A stretch of DNA of 64,000 bases from Eukaryota sp. TZLM1-RC (GCA_040285825.1 JAUPSS010000004.1:4307784-4371783), one strand, 5' to 3'; counted from the first letter of the stretch, positions 46,501 to 58,272 are shown. Notes: a model not told the origin generated them from the letters alone. Program-made: numbers and translations.

Positions 46501-47770
46501 AAAACAAAGGTCAATTTGTATTTTTAATTACCTTTCCTAATGTCAATCTACAAGAAGTTTTGTTTCAAATTCTGTCTCTCCTATCTGTACTCGAGAACAG
46601 ATTGAACTAAATCTTTGATTTTGCGATCATGTAGATAAGCTAACTAGCAGAAATGGACATTAATGTAAAGTTGATGATTAAAATATCATTTCATATCATC
46701 ATTACTCGGAAAATCAATTGCTCAGTTCACCTAAAAAATTACTAGAAATTTCCAATCCTCACATAAAATTTGGTTTCAGTATTGTCAAATTTGACATCCA
46801 ACATATTTTTAAACAGTTCTCAAAATGAGGACTTTTATCGGTGCTAGTGAATGGGTTCAATTCTATAATTCAAATTTAATAGAATTGAATCACGGCCACT
46901 TGAAACCCTTAATTGCTGGTCGATTTGTTGTTGATACTTGTAGTATTTTCACAAATTATTATCAACCACGCAAACTAAACACAGTTTCTAAAAATTTCAT
47001 AAGGGGGAGTAAAATTGACCTTGATCCTCAGTATAACATTAAAGGAGACAACGTCAACAACAGCAATCTAGGCAGTAATAAACTGTCAGGAAATTTCTAT
47101 TGTTGGTTTGGAATTCATTTGAGAGCACCTTTTTGACTTACGCCCTAGTGATATTTTACGAAAAGTTGAAAAACAATTACTTTGTGACGCTTATATTGAG
47201 ATCACATCTCAAAGTGAGGAGGAATGTTCCCTTAGCCCAATGACAAATAGAGCTTTACAAGATCCTCGTTGTGTGCCATTGTTGAAATTCTATGACCAAC
47301 ATTTTAAAAACATACTTGTTCCAAAAGTTCTATCAAAAAACGGAATGGAGATGAAATAAAAAGAATAAAAACTAATATTTTGTTTAATAAATACAAATTT
47401 TTTAAAATAAAGGAATAAGTATCTTTTTGCATTACACAATTGAAAAAATGGTTGTGAACGTCAAAAATAGCGTCTTAGAACATCCTAGAGCTTAACTTTG
47501 ATTACTTGATCCGGTTTGTTCATAATTTTAAGGGAAACAATAACGTTCTGAAAAAGTAAGATAAGAAAAATATTTCATCATTTATTAGTAAAGTTAAACT
47601 TCCCCTTTTCAAAGTACATAGGGATATTAATGGCGAAACATCTGCAATGAGAAAAAAAGTATCATCAATTAGTTTGCTTTTGATTAATGGCCATATCCCA
47701 GCTTTACATCCCACTTCTTCTGAAAAGGATAAGTATTCAAAATTTGATTTTCCTTTAAGTTCAAATTGGA

Positions 47771-49258
47771 ATTAATAATTGTTTAGAAGATGAGGAGAGT
47801 AAGCTCATTCAGGCTCAGCCCTTGAAACAATCTTGTGTACCGTCTTATACCAGAATTGACAAGACAAGTTTATCGGACTTTTTCTTTGCCGAATACAGGT
47901 ACATTTTATGTTAAAGGTCGTCTTATCAATGAAATGATCAAATTGCTGATTTGTCCATATGGGACACAATTTTGAAAATGGACAAGATTAAAACACTAAA
48001 CCTTATTCAGAAAATTCAAAGTTCATCATGTCTAGAATCATGACTCTTGGAGTAGCAGTAACGTTCGTTCAACCTAGAATGGACTTGAAACAATATATGG
48101 TTAAGGCAAAGCAATTCAAAGAAAAAGAGGAATATATTGATGACCCCATTAATCCTTCTCAATTTTAAGATATGACCCTTGCTGTTGCTGATCCGGCTAA
48201 ATCTGGTCGATGCTATTTTTAGCCAGCTTAGCTACTAAGATGACTCATTTGAAGAAAAACTGGAAGGGATGAGTATGTTTATTTCAGGTACACTCAAAAT
48301 CAACAAAGATTTGAGTCGAAAAGTTCCAAATTCAAAGGAATTAGAGACAGCATACGGAATGACACTCTTATCACAATAAGTAATTCTACTGGTAGAGTAA
48401 TTGATCTATCCAATTATGAACCATCTGAAGAGCAACAACAAAGGATGGATTTAAACAGCAGTATAATTAATCAAATGACTGAAAGAACAATTAGTTTATT
48501 AAGAGGTGAAGTACCTCAAGAAATTAATATTCCCCACGAAATTGATTACTCATTAAATTTGAGAAATGATGAACAAAAACTAAATCTGTAGTAGAATGGG
48601 AAGCAACTTTATCCCAATTCAATTCCAAAAGCTGCAGGTTTGATAGATTTATGGAGTATATTAAACAAAAGAATTATGTGAATAGTATTGTTGGTGAAGT
48701 CTATCATCAAAAATAATTTAGGAAACTAAGATGGTCGGCTGAGATTAATCGCACAAGATCTGAGGCGAAGATGATTCAGAGAGTCAAATCAGTAATTGGT
48801 GATCCCAGCCAAGTAGTTATTGGAATCGGAGACTGGGAACAACGAAAACCCATGAAATTCAAAGAACCTACCAGAGGAAAAGGGTTGAGAATTCTATTCA
48901 AAAAGGCTGGTTATAAGGTCTTTTTGATTGATGAGTTTCGAACCAGTTGCTGTTGTTTCAACTGTAAGAAAGCGAAAAAAAACAGCTGAAACATTCCGAT
49001 GGTGCAGAAATCCTAGGCCATGGAAGAGGCATGAGATGTCTATTCGTCACGGGCTTACCATGTGTAAATCATGCGAAAGTTTGTGGAATAGAGATCGAAA
49101 TGCTTCGCTGAGAATTGTTGGCAATGATGGAAGCACATGTAAATGGTGGAGATAGACCGGAATACCTGCAGAGAGCCAAGGTTGATGACGGTTCAAAAAA
49201 GGCAACAAGAAGAAAAACTTCCAATTCTCAGAAACTCAGTCCCTCTACATCGGTGTAA
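47771..49258 (+). pseudogene. Fanzor1 RNA-guided endonuclease pseudogene, 5'-truncated
   Basis: Colinear Fanzor1 motifs across frames: QPLKQSCVPSYTRID, IMTLGVAV, EYIDD, RuvC-I AVADPAK, FRYTQNQQ, FRKLRW, IGDW, RuvC-II LIDEFRTS-CC..C, NPRPW, HGL..C..C, RuvC-III WNRD, RPEYLQR. Stop at 49256-49258. Confidence 0.9.
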
Positions 49259-49277
49259 ACAGGACACTTATTTCATT
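49217..49277 (+). ncRNA. Candidate Fanzor omegaRNA scaffold / element 3' end, copy 1
   Basis: Overlaps the Fanzor stop codon; GTCC...GGAC stem enclosing a TACA-TCGG-TGTA hairpin; 52/61 identical to 49401-49461. Confidence 0.55.
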
Positions 49278-49400
49278 GTTATAGACTTCATCTGTCATTA
49301 ATGGGCTCAAAAAGCTAAGCAATTTGGGTCAAAAAACGAATTGGTTTTGGTTTTATTCTCTTGTTATTGGTTTGTTTTTTGCAAAAAAGTGGAATCATTT

Positions 49401-49461
49401 ACATCCACTTCACAAAAACTCAGTCCCTCGACATTGGTGTAAGAAGGACACTTATTCCATT
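49401..49461 (+). ncRNA. Candidate Fanzor omegaRNA scaffold / element 3' end, copy 2
   Basis: Ungapped 52/61 match to copy 1, retaining the GTCC/GGAC and ACA/TGT stems; ends 4 nt before the lipase ATG. Confidence 0.5.
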
Positions 49462-49465
49462 TACA

Positions 49466-50632
49466 ATGATCTCCCTTTCGCTGGTTGCGCTTGTTTTGCT
49501 TTTTGTTGGTGTTTTTGCTCATATTCATCCTGATGCACAAAGATCTTTCACAGAGATCATCACTGCTGCTGGTTATCAAGTAAATAGACATGAGGTAATC
49601 GTCGAAGATGGACACATTTTGACTTTATTTCACATACCTGCCTCTGAGTCAACTAAACACTCGCTTTTTGTCCATGGATTAGCCGTCAATGTAGCTTCTT
49701 GGTTTTTTGGTGGGAGTAATTCGAGTGTTAGTACTCCCATTCATGTCCTGGAAAATACCGATTCAAATGTTTGGTTCCTTGCTCTACGTGGGACCTCTTA
49801 CTCCTACAAGCACGTTAACCTCTCTTCTTCCGATCCTCAGTTCTGGGATTGGAGTATGGATGAGATGATTAAGTACGATCTGCCTACTGTGGTGCAATAC
49901 ATTTTTAATACCAAGCATGTATCCAAGTTTAGTTTGATTGGTCATTCTCAGGGTGGAGCGATTATATTGGGCAGTCTCAGTACCCATCAATGGCTCAATT
50001 CTTTAGTTGATTCAGCTATTGTCATGGCACCTGCTGTTTACCTTCACCACATTGATGTCACCTTATTCAAGGTCCTCTCTAAGCTTAATAGTAGATCTAT
50101 AGAGTTTTTCCTTGGCAATCGTAACTTTTTAGCTACTCCTGAACTGATGAACAAGTTGGTTCCCGGCTTTTGTGACCGTTTGGATTCTGTCTGTCGCTTT
50201 ACTATATGTCTCTACATTGGGTGTGATGGATTAGGACATATTGACAAGGAAAGACTACCCGTCGTTGTGAGTCATGCCCCTGACGAGACCTCGGTCAAGA
50301 ATATGATTCATTTCAGTCAATTGGTGAAGAATTCTTTGGGAAAGTTTCAGTACTTTGATTATGGTAATACTGAGCTTAATCTTTTGCATTATGGATCATC
50401 CACACCTCCAATGTATGATTTAACCAAGGTAACGACTCCTATTTATCTTTGGAGTTATGGTAAAGACAAGTTGGTCTCCAGGCATGATATGGCGTTTCTT
50501 TCCATGGATTTACAGTATTCAGAATGGAATATGGTTAATCAATACGGTCATGGGGATTGTTTATTTGGTAATGACGTTGAAGAGCTTATGCTTGTCGATA
50601 TTGTTCGTCAGCTTCGGCGTGAAGGATTTTGA
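49466..50632 (+). CDS. Secreted/lysosomal acid lipase (alpha/beta hydrolase)
   Basis: Signal peptide; EDGHIL, HGL, FWDWSMDEM.KYDLP, GHSQG nucleophile motif, TSVKNMIHFSQ, FDYG, D and H of the catalytic triad. Confidence 0.93.
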   Translation: MISLSLVALVLLFVGVFAHIHPDAQRSFTEIITAAGYQVNRHEVIVEDGHILTLFHIPASESTKHSLFVHGLAVNVASWFFGGSNSSVSTPIHVLENTDSNVWFLALRGTSYSYKHVNLSSSDPQFWDWSMDEMIKYDLPTVVQYIFNTKHVSKFSLIGHSQGGAIILGSLSTHQWLNSLVDSAIVMAPAVYLHHIDVTLFKVLSKLNSRSIEFFLGNRNFLATPELMNKLVPGFCDRLDSVCRFTICLYIGCDGLGHIDKERLPVVVSHAPDETSVKNMIHFSQLVKNSLGKFQYFDYGNTELNLLHYGSSTPPMYDLTKVTTPIYLWSYGKDKLVSRHDMAFLSMDLQYSEWNMVNQYGHGDCLFGNDVEELMLVDIVRQLRREGF

Positions 50633-51800
50633 TTTGATTAAGTATAAAATGTAAATAAAATTATTGTATTGTATGTTTTGTTGTTAGAGATTCAATTCAC
50701 AAATTCCCTAAGTTCTAAAATCCTCCTTTGAATCAGTGTGTGTGATCACTCTTATTCTTGTGGATGTGTGCACAAGTGAAATTACTATTCTAAATATTTA
50801 CATAGTTTAAACGTTAGTCATTCCAACATATTGGGGAGAATGGAACAAGTACATCTTCTTGTTACCAATCAATGTACTCCCAGCTGTTCTATAATAGACT
50901 ACTATCTGTTTTGCCACCTCTATGTGCAACAATTATCAGACACAGATGATTCAAAGTGAAGAATTGTCACAAAGATGTTCAAATAATCGCAAACCTTCCC
51001 AAAACTATGAACAAATCGGTACAGAGACATTGGGCAAAACCGCTAGAGCAGTCGTGATTTTAAGCAAAATGTTAGATGCCCAATTACCATTAATGGTGAC
51101 ATTTCAGGAATTGAGAATCATAAATTATTATAAGGAAGCAAAAGTTATCAAACAACAATTACTATGGAAAACCTCAGTAAATTGTATATTCTGGATTATA
51201 AAACAGACATTATTGAAGAGCAAGAAATCTGCTGACTTGAAAAATTGTGCATTGATTTCAACGGTCCTCATCAACGGAAAATCGTATGTGCTTTATGAAG
51301 AATGTGTTCATCTCGTTACAGGCACGGCTTTCAGTGAATTCACTAGAAGGCAGTTTCATTTCTGCACACAATGAAATTGCATAAGTTTATCTAAGGTGAA
51401 GGATTGATGGAACAGTCACATTTTAAAATTCAATTAAAAACGTTAACTAATGCTTTTACCTACTCAAAGCTAAAGGTGTCATTAACGCTTGTCGACGAAA
51501 CGCAACACACAAAAATTTCTCATCAGTTGGAGATCACATTTACATAAATGGCCTCGAACCACAGAATTGTTTCAATGATTGTCTAGCATGAATAATGGAA
51601 TTAATGATGAAGAACATGTTACAGGGCAATTTATTGAAAATATTTTTGAAATGATCATTTTACTTTCAATATTTGGTTAATTCGTTTGTTTAAACATTGA
51701 TTTCTACTGATTTCATGATATTTATTGAAAAATATACAAGAAGAGGTAGAAACTTAGAAAATATTAACGAACACAAAAAGCTAAAATAAACTCAAAAAAA

Positions 51801-52658
51801 CTAAGGAATTTCACTCTCCAACTCTAATAATTCTAAAACTTTCCTAGACAGTCTAGTAACCAAGAAACATCCCTCTGATTCAAACTTCAATTCACCCATG
51901 TCCTTGGTTTGTAAAGTTCCAACAGGCAATATTAATCTTGACGTACTGGTGATGAACAAGGCCTCAGCTTCTTCCAAGACAGGACACTGTTCAACAATGG
52001 GTATGCCAAGAAGGCTAGCCGCCTTTATAACCATAGCTCTAATAGTTCCTCCCAAGACCATCCCAATGGGACAAGTAAACAGTTTAGAATTGGAGAGAGT
52101 GAAAACATTTGAGGAAAGACCTTCGTGGAGGAAACATTTACCATTCTTTTCCTCACCGAGCAAAACTTCATGGACTTGATTATTAATGTATCGTTCAAGG
52201 GTCTTTCGTTCAGCGACCCACGATGTTGTTTTCATTTGAGCATCCTTTCTATTGTAGTATTCCAACCTAGTGGTTACGTTAGATCTAGGCAGTGGGGGAA
52301 GTTCGGTGGTGTGGGAAATAAAGCGCAATTGATGGTCCACTTGGGCGACAATGATGGTTATTCTGAGTTCAGCTTCGGATGGGATATGTTTTGAGGCATT
52401 GTGGAGAGCAGTTCGTATAGTTTCCCTTATAGATGTTCGTAAAATGTGTTCAGATGGTAGAACAGAAGGAGAGACAACCGATGATGTTGACTGGATAAGG
52501 CGCTCAATATGTAAATCCAGACAAAGTATTTTATTTCTGTTGAAGGTTCGTGCTGTCGAAAATCCACCTATTGGGAACTCTAACAATAGATGTTTGGCTG
52601 TGTATCCAAGATACTGGTGGTCATCAGAGTTGTTAACGAGAACAAGATGATGTGACAT
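51801..52658 (-). CDS. PLP-dependent aminotransferase class IV family protein
   Basis: HIERL, AQMKTT (catalytic Lys), EGLSSN, LGGTIR, EALFITSTSR. Confidence 0.88.
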   Translation of the reverse strand: MSHHLVLVNNSDDHQYLGYTAKHLLLEFPIGGFSTARTFNRNKILCLDLHIERLIQSTSSVVSPSVLPSEHILRTSIRETIRTALHNASKHIPSEAELRITIIVAQVDHQLRFISHTTELPPLPRSNVTTRLEYYNRKDAQMKTTSWVAERKTLERYINNQVHEVLLGEEKNGKCFLHEGLSSNVFTLSNSKLFTCPIGMVLGGTIRAMVIKAASLLGIPIVEQCPVLEEAEALFITSTSRLILPVGTLQTKDMGELKFESEGCFLVTRLSRKVLELLELESEIP

Positions 52659-53589
52659 TAAGGTGATGCTTGTAGAGGGAAAAGTTCATTATTTATTGAA
52701 CTGAAAAAACAGATTTATCAGCAGTGTTTGAAATATCAAACCATCAGGGTGACACCCAGTTGATGATTCTTGACATATCTTCGATCTTCCTTATTTAACA
52801 AATTCTTTCCGACATAATATCTTTATTATACTATTTTATTATACAAACTTTTTTGTTATACAAGTTATAATAATGTTCGTCAACACACATAGTCTTTTGC
52901 AAGTTTCGGAAAAAGCAAGGGTCGAAAAATTCATCTTCGTCTTCTTGTTCCTCTTCGTCGGTCTCTTCAGCCTCCATTTTTCCACCCTCTTGCTCTCCCA
53001 TTGCAGTAAATAAGTGTCGGTAGTGTGATATCAGTAAAAACAATGAATAAACATAAGAGTGTGGTTATATGGTATTATGGTTTTAGATAGAATTGAATTT
53101 CGTTTAGTGAAAAAGTTGAAAGTCCACTCTCTATTTCTCTTCACCAAATTTTTCTACACATTAGATCGCGTTTTCCAAAATTTGAAATTGCTCTGTATGC
53201 AAAACAATCTTTCTACAAAATTTCCTCTTCAAGCAATTAAAGAAGTTTTAAATTAAATTTGCTTGCAATTCTGGTTGATCACACTGGTCTTGACCTCAGT
53301 CCGCCAAGAAGGTTCTTGGAAGACAGAACACTATTAGTTCATTTGAGGGAGTAGAACTTTGCATCATTTGTCAACTCAACAACATCTATTCCTGCCGTAC
53401 TAAATTCATTACAGGAAGACATCATTTCATTTGGGTTCAAATTTTGCAATTTGAACTTTTCAACATTGCTTCAGTTTTTGAATCAATATTCCTTGTCACA
53501 AAAGTTTAATAAATTATTAATTATTTAGAAGCAGAATCACTGAACAACCAAATCAGCAAGGCTAACAACTGCTTGAAATTTTTCTTCTT

Positions 53590-54100
53590 CTTTGTGCCGT
53601 TCGAATTCTTTTCAAAATAATTCATCTTGTTTGATAACTCAAGTTCCTCGCCGTTTTGGACTATTGCGCTCAGTTATTCAATTTTTGACAGTCATGGGAA
53701 TTAGACTTAATCTACCTCCTTTTCAATGCTTATCAATTATGAAATGTAAACGTGGTGCTTATGCTTTTTTTGATCACATTAGTTCCTGCTGTAAATTGAC
53801 TCAAAAAAGATCAATTATCCACAATGCTGTTCGTGATTGTATTTATGATCTGCTAAACTGTACTCATGATGCAGTTCGTTTAGGACCTCTTTTTGATGAA
53901 TTAAACTTCCGTTTGAGCCAAAAACCAGGTGATATTCAATGTGCATAATATGATGGAACTGAACTAATTATCGATTGTACTTCTGCACCTCCGTGGATAA
54001 GAAGTTCCAATTCTGACATTTACTCAAAATTGCAGAGCTTTCCAAGAAATTAAAATACGAAGCCCTTCTTCGTCTCAATAGAGCAAGAGGCCGACACATC
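53590..54100 (+). mobile_element. REL-domain non-LTR fragment, paralog of 32700-33420
   Basis: Near-identical translation, including the same in-frame TAA after PGD.QCA. Confidence 0.8.
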
Positions 54101-54483
54101 AAAAAGAGTTTTTGTTCATTGATTCTATTCATTCTGTAAATGAATTATACCATTTTAACATGACAAATAGCAATAATCTTGCACTCTTAATTGGACAAAC
54201 TGTCTTCGCTTCTAGTATCATTATCCATGCTATACCAAAAATAACAGATACTTTTATAAACTCATTAATAAATAATTCTCACAATATTTAATTCTGAATG
54301 GTCGAATTTGATGTAATGAAGGTAATGTAAGTAATGCAAAGCAACGATATTGATTTATTGAAGGAACAACATTTGGCTTCTGATAATAACCGTCAAGGTG
54401 AGCTCATCAAATTAATTAGGTATCAATGTAGAAATCCTGTACCAAATTCGCAATAGTCGTAAGAAAGACACTAGTTTACTACA

Positions 54484-54741
54484 ATGTCCCGTCGTTCATT
54501 CAACGAAGCTAACCCTCCTTTGAGATTCTTTGAACCAGGAGAAGAATTGCCATTCGGTCTAGGTAAAGCTAATTCTCATTGTTTAGTTGATCTAGAGAAA
54601 CACCAAATCACCAAAGAGAACCTTTCGGAGGAAGAGCAAAAGGATTGGAAATACAAAGAGTCACAATACGCATTCTCAATTGCACATGGACGTATCTCTC
54701 CAGAAGTGGGCAAACATCTCTCGAAGCATGGTATGATGTAG
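54484..54741 (+). CDS. Small hypothetical protein (85 aa)
   Basis: ATG in an ACAATG context like the lipase start; protein-like composition; no recognised domain. Confidence 0.45.
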   Translation: MSRRSFNEANPPLRFFEPGEELPFGLGKANSHCLVDLEKHQITKENLSEEEQKDWKYKESQYAFSIAHGRISPEVGKHLSKHGMM

Positions 54742-55339
54742 AAACTATAAATTGGACAAATAAAAACAGGATTCCAAATAATAAGTGGTAATTGTAACAA
54801 TAATGATAAGAAGAGTAAAGACCAAATACGATGATGGTAATCATCGTTATCATACGACCGAATTCGTATGACCAAATACGTATAACCTTTGCAGAACTTT
54901 GCATAAAACAGAAGATAATTGACTTTAACACAAAACCAGTATCAAAAACCAACTTGCTAATACTTGGAAGAAAATAACGGCAGAATTTGTGATAGATTCC
55001 AGATAGACGTACCTTTAATAAGCTGTTTAAACAAGTTTAGTTCCAAGAAACCAAGTAGTGAAATAAACATCTTTGCGTAAAATAACTACAATACCATGAC
55101 GTGAAATTGGAAGAAAATATCAACATGGAAACAAACAAAGGTGTACAATGGAAGGCGTATCATGAAGGGACTCGAAAAATGAATAAGTCTTACTTTCAAT
55201 GTCCTAGATGAGATGAAAGCATGTCTAGAGACACCTCCGCTTTATGAAATCAGTTAGACACGGGCTATGTCTGAACACTTCACTGAAAACTAGACCATGC
55301 ATTTGGAAGAGGGAGTAAAGACATTTTCCCTGCCTTTTA

Positions 55340-55870
55340 ATGGATATTGCTCTCCTTCTCATAATTCTATGCCACGTAACTTATGGGCTGAGAGTACGTA
55401 ATGACGTGGATGTGATCATCTTGCATTCAGGCAGAACATTAGAATCTCCATCTGAAGATCATCCAATGTTCATTCACTCAAACAGCGTTGGTTCATCCCA
55501 CCCATTGTTACTGCGTCCTCGCATATACCCTTCAGTCATCATAAATCAAGGCTCAAAGCTTCCCGTAACTATGGTTTTGGACAAAGAAGATAATGTACAC
55601 GGTCATGAGGATGATTTTGCAAACAAAAACGACACTATATTTGAATGTTTATTCGAATCAACGCTACAAAATGCTCATTGGATAATCATATCAACATCAG
55701 CGACTTTGTTGTTAATCAAATTAATCAATTCAATGAGAAAAATAACAACAACTTTTCTTTCAAAAAATACAAAAAATGACGAACTGAGTCCATATCATAA
55801 TGAAATCGCAAATGTGATTGAACGATTAATTGAAGAAAAGAATCAAATAGAAATAATTTGCGAATGCTAA
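55340..55870 (+). CDS. Hypothetical protein with possible signal peptide and a C-terminal hydrophobic segment
   Basis: 176-aa ORF convergent with, and abutting, the 55882 gene; may contain unrecognised introns. Confidence 0.4.
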   Translation: MDIALLLIILCHVTYGLRVRNDVDVIILHSGRTLESPSEDHPMFIHSNSVGSSHPLLLRPRIYPSVIINQGSKLPVTMVLDKEDNVHGHEDDFANKNDTIFECLFESTLQNAHWIIISTSATLLLIKLINSMRKITTTFLSKNTKNDELSPYHNEIANVIERLIEEKNQIEIICEC

Positions 55871-55881
55871 TAAAATTTAAC

Positions 55882-58272
55882 TTAAAAGTGTGAGTCTAAT
55901 TCATACCAATCAAAATTGATTGGAAACGTCACCATATCATTTTCTTTAACTAAAATAGTGTTTTCTAAATTAATTTCTAAATCTAATTCATCAAAAGTAG
56001 AATAACTTTGTGGAATTAAGGAATTGATAAACCGTTGAACATTCTTGACTTTTCTTGCATATTCTCGACCCTGATCCTTATTAGGGACAAAAATAGACAA
56101 TAAAGTATCAATTTGTAATAAATTTAGAGATGGACAAATACCTAATCGTTCTTCAGAATCAAGCAAAAGCTCAACATCAACCATTAAAATACAACAAACC
56201 TCATCAATTAGACACAATACTTGGGCGTAAATTTCCTTCAAGCAACTGCTTTGGAGCATAAAGGAGCGAACCATATTCACTATGAACTTTAACTGGAAAG
56301 CAGTATCAGTGGTGGCAAAACCTGGTTCATTAATTATAATATTAAATATTCTACCATCTAGATTAGCCAAAACTTTCTTAAATAAAAATTGGATGAGGGA
56401 AACCGAAAGACCAAAAGAGTTACATAGGTGCAGTAACCTTTTAACAAAGTCTTCCAAATCAGCCAGGATAGGTGTTCTAGGTTTGGCAGAAGCTCCTCTG
56501 GGAAGAGGGGTAGGGGGTGAAGGTTTACGAGAAACGCAATGCGAATTAATTGATTGAATGAGGTCTTTTGTTACAATTTTAGATAATACTGAGCTCGACC
56601 AACGTAAAACTTCTCTTAAACATTTGTAACCCAAACCAAAATTTAAGTGGGAAAACAAAGACAATGCACTTTTTAAGGAGAGAATTCCACCGTCAGAGTC
56701 TCTAGTCCATGCCTTACATGAAGCACAGTGAGAATGACAGAGGTCATCAGTCTTATTTTGGCTTAATTCACTAATAAAAGTACATCTCAAGTCTTTGAGT
56801 TTCAACGTAAGCTCATAACTTCCTTGACTGGTCTCCGAGAGTCCAGACAATAATTGACCCAAGTCAAGATCATTCTGACCTTCCTCAACATTTTGATCCT
56901 CTGCTAATCTTTTGCACACACTACCAACAAAAGAAGCTGCTCTGATCCAATAAACCAAACCCTCCACTTCAGATCCATAGATCAACCCAAAAGAAAGAGA
57001 TTGTCTCTTTTTTAAGGAAGGGGTGGGAACGGATGACGTAAACTGTGACAGAAGGGAAACCATTCTGACAAGTGATTCAATTGATTTGATTAGCAGTTTG
57101 TTTGAGGGATCTTCACAATTAATGTTGGTTGATGAATTAGAAAAAATGTTCCAAGAAATAAATGATTTAAGCATAATAACTGCTGAAACTGGTTGATTGT
57201 CAATCATTTCGAAATCAGATGACGTGATAAGGTCCAAAAGTCTTCTGATTTCTTCTGACCGCTCTAAGTGCTGAATCATTTGTTGCGCTGACTCCAATTC
57301 ATTACTTTTTTCTTCAAACTTTTGCTTTAAATCACCATCAGAATCACCAGGAATAGTCAGAGAAGTTTCAGGTGGAGAGTCAAGAGGAATCTCATTGACC
57401 TTTGGATTGGTGATGCCTGGTGACGTGGCAATCCTGCTGACATCCAAAGGAGAGTCTAATGCCCCTTGTTTGGGTGTACTAGGTTCGACTACTCCCCAAT
57501 TCGAAGGAGAAGTAATCAAGAGGGAGGTTTGGTGGCGATGTCTGGTTCTAGACCTCCTAGCCGAGGGCTTTGGTCTGGGGCTCTTTGGTATTTGAGCTTG
57601 GGGTTGAGGTGGGGGGATTGAGGACTCACTGGTGATCGCAATGTTTAAAGGTTTAGCGGGTTTGGGTTGGTCTGATTGGTCTTTTTGGTCGTTCTCACAT
57701 TTCCTCTTTTCCTCATATTTAGGTTCTTCTTGATCCTCTTGGTGGTGATCAGGCTCATTTGCTTCAGAGGTGAAAGCATCTGTAATCTCAGAACCTTCAT
57801 CTACTGTCTCACCCACTGTCAACGAGGTATCAAGGGCTGACGTGTCATCAACAGGAGAAGAAGAAGAAAGAGAAGGAGGAGTGATAGTCAGCTTAATGGA
57901 AGAACCTGGACAGCGGCATTTGGTAAGGGGAAATGAAGAAGTTCTTTTGGTAGTGTTGACAAAGTCAGCCAAGTTGAGGGTGACTAAACCAATGGCTTTG
58001 GATCCCCTACCTCCTAGATCTTCATATAGAGATATTTCTAGTATTTTCTTTCTATATTTGAGAGGTTGACTGTGACGTTGGGGGATAAGAGTACATTTAA
58101 AGCAAAGATTTTCATTGAATGTGCAGCAACCGTCTTGTAGAAGAGACCGCCGAGACTGGCCCGATAATTTGCTTCCACGTTTCCACTGGATATAAAGTAG
58201 ACGTGAAGAGAGAGGAATGTTATGTGCAGACTCTATTGTCACCGAGTATTCCGCAACAGTACGTGAAGACAT
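55882..58272 (-). CDS. NT-C2 (EEIG1/EHBP1-type) domain protein with a C-terminal Dilute (DIL)-like domain
   Basis: LYIQWKRG...FNENL...IGLVTLNLADF (NT-C2); FNIII..AFQLK...ICPSLNLLQI..LL..F (DIL). Confidence 0.8.
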   Translation of the reverse strand: MSSRTVAEYSVTIESAHNIPLSSRLLYIQWKRGSKLSGQSRRSLLQDGCCTFNENLCFKCTLIPQRHSQPLKYRKKILEISLYEDLGGRGSKAIGLVTLNLADFVNTTKRTSSFPLTKCRCPGSSIKLTITPPSLSSSSPVDDTSALDTSLTVGETVDEGSEITDAFTSEANEPDHHQEDQEEPKYEEKRKCENDQKDQSDQPKPAKPLNIAITSESSIPPPQPQAQIPKSPRPKPSARRSRTRHRHQTSLLITSPSNWGVVEPSTPKQGALDSPLDVSRIATSPGITNPKVNEIPLDSPPETSLTIPGDSDGDLKQKFEEKSNELESAQQMIQHLERSEEIRRLLDLITSSDFEMIDNQPVSAVIMLKSFISWNIFSNSSTNINCEDPSNKLLIKSIESLVRMVSLLSQFTSSVPTPSLKKRQSLSFGLIYGSEVEGLVYWIRAASFVGSVCKRLAEDQNVEEGQNDLDLGQLLSGLSETSQGSYELTLKLKDLRCTFISELSQNKTDDLCHSHCASCKAWTRDSDGGILSLKSALSLFSHLNFGLGYKCLREVLRWSSSVLSKIVTKDLIQSINSHCVSRKPSPPTPLPRGASAKPRTPILADLEDFVKRLLHLCNSFGLSVSLIQFLFKKVLANLDGRIFNIIINEPGFATTDTAFQLKFIVNMVRSFMLQSSCLKEIYAQVLCLIDEVCCILMVDVELLLDSEERLGICPSLNLLQIDTLLSIFVPNKDQGREYARKVKNVQRFINSLIPQSYSTFDELDLEINLENTILVKENDMVTFPINFDWYELDSHF

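Noticed and set aside
49281-49291. Putative Fanzor guide 1 matches the LTR element gag (ATAGACTTCAT at 13469-13479)
   Set aside because: Only 11 nt, AT-rich and offset from the scaffold boundary; plausible by chance in 64 kb on two strands.
49217-49461. CRISPR array
   Set aside because: Only two 61-nt units 184 bp apart, no cas genes and a eukaryotic context; better explained as Fanzor element ends.
50700-51400. Possible gene in the 150-aa ORF (and similar stretches at 9000-9600, 33560-34000 and 60400-60760)
   Set aside because: These look like decayed coding sequence, but I cannot assign a family or a consistent frame.
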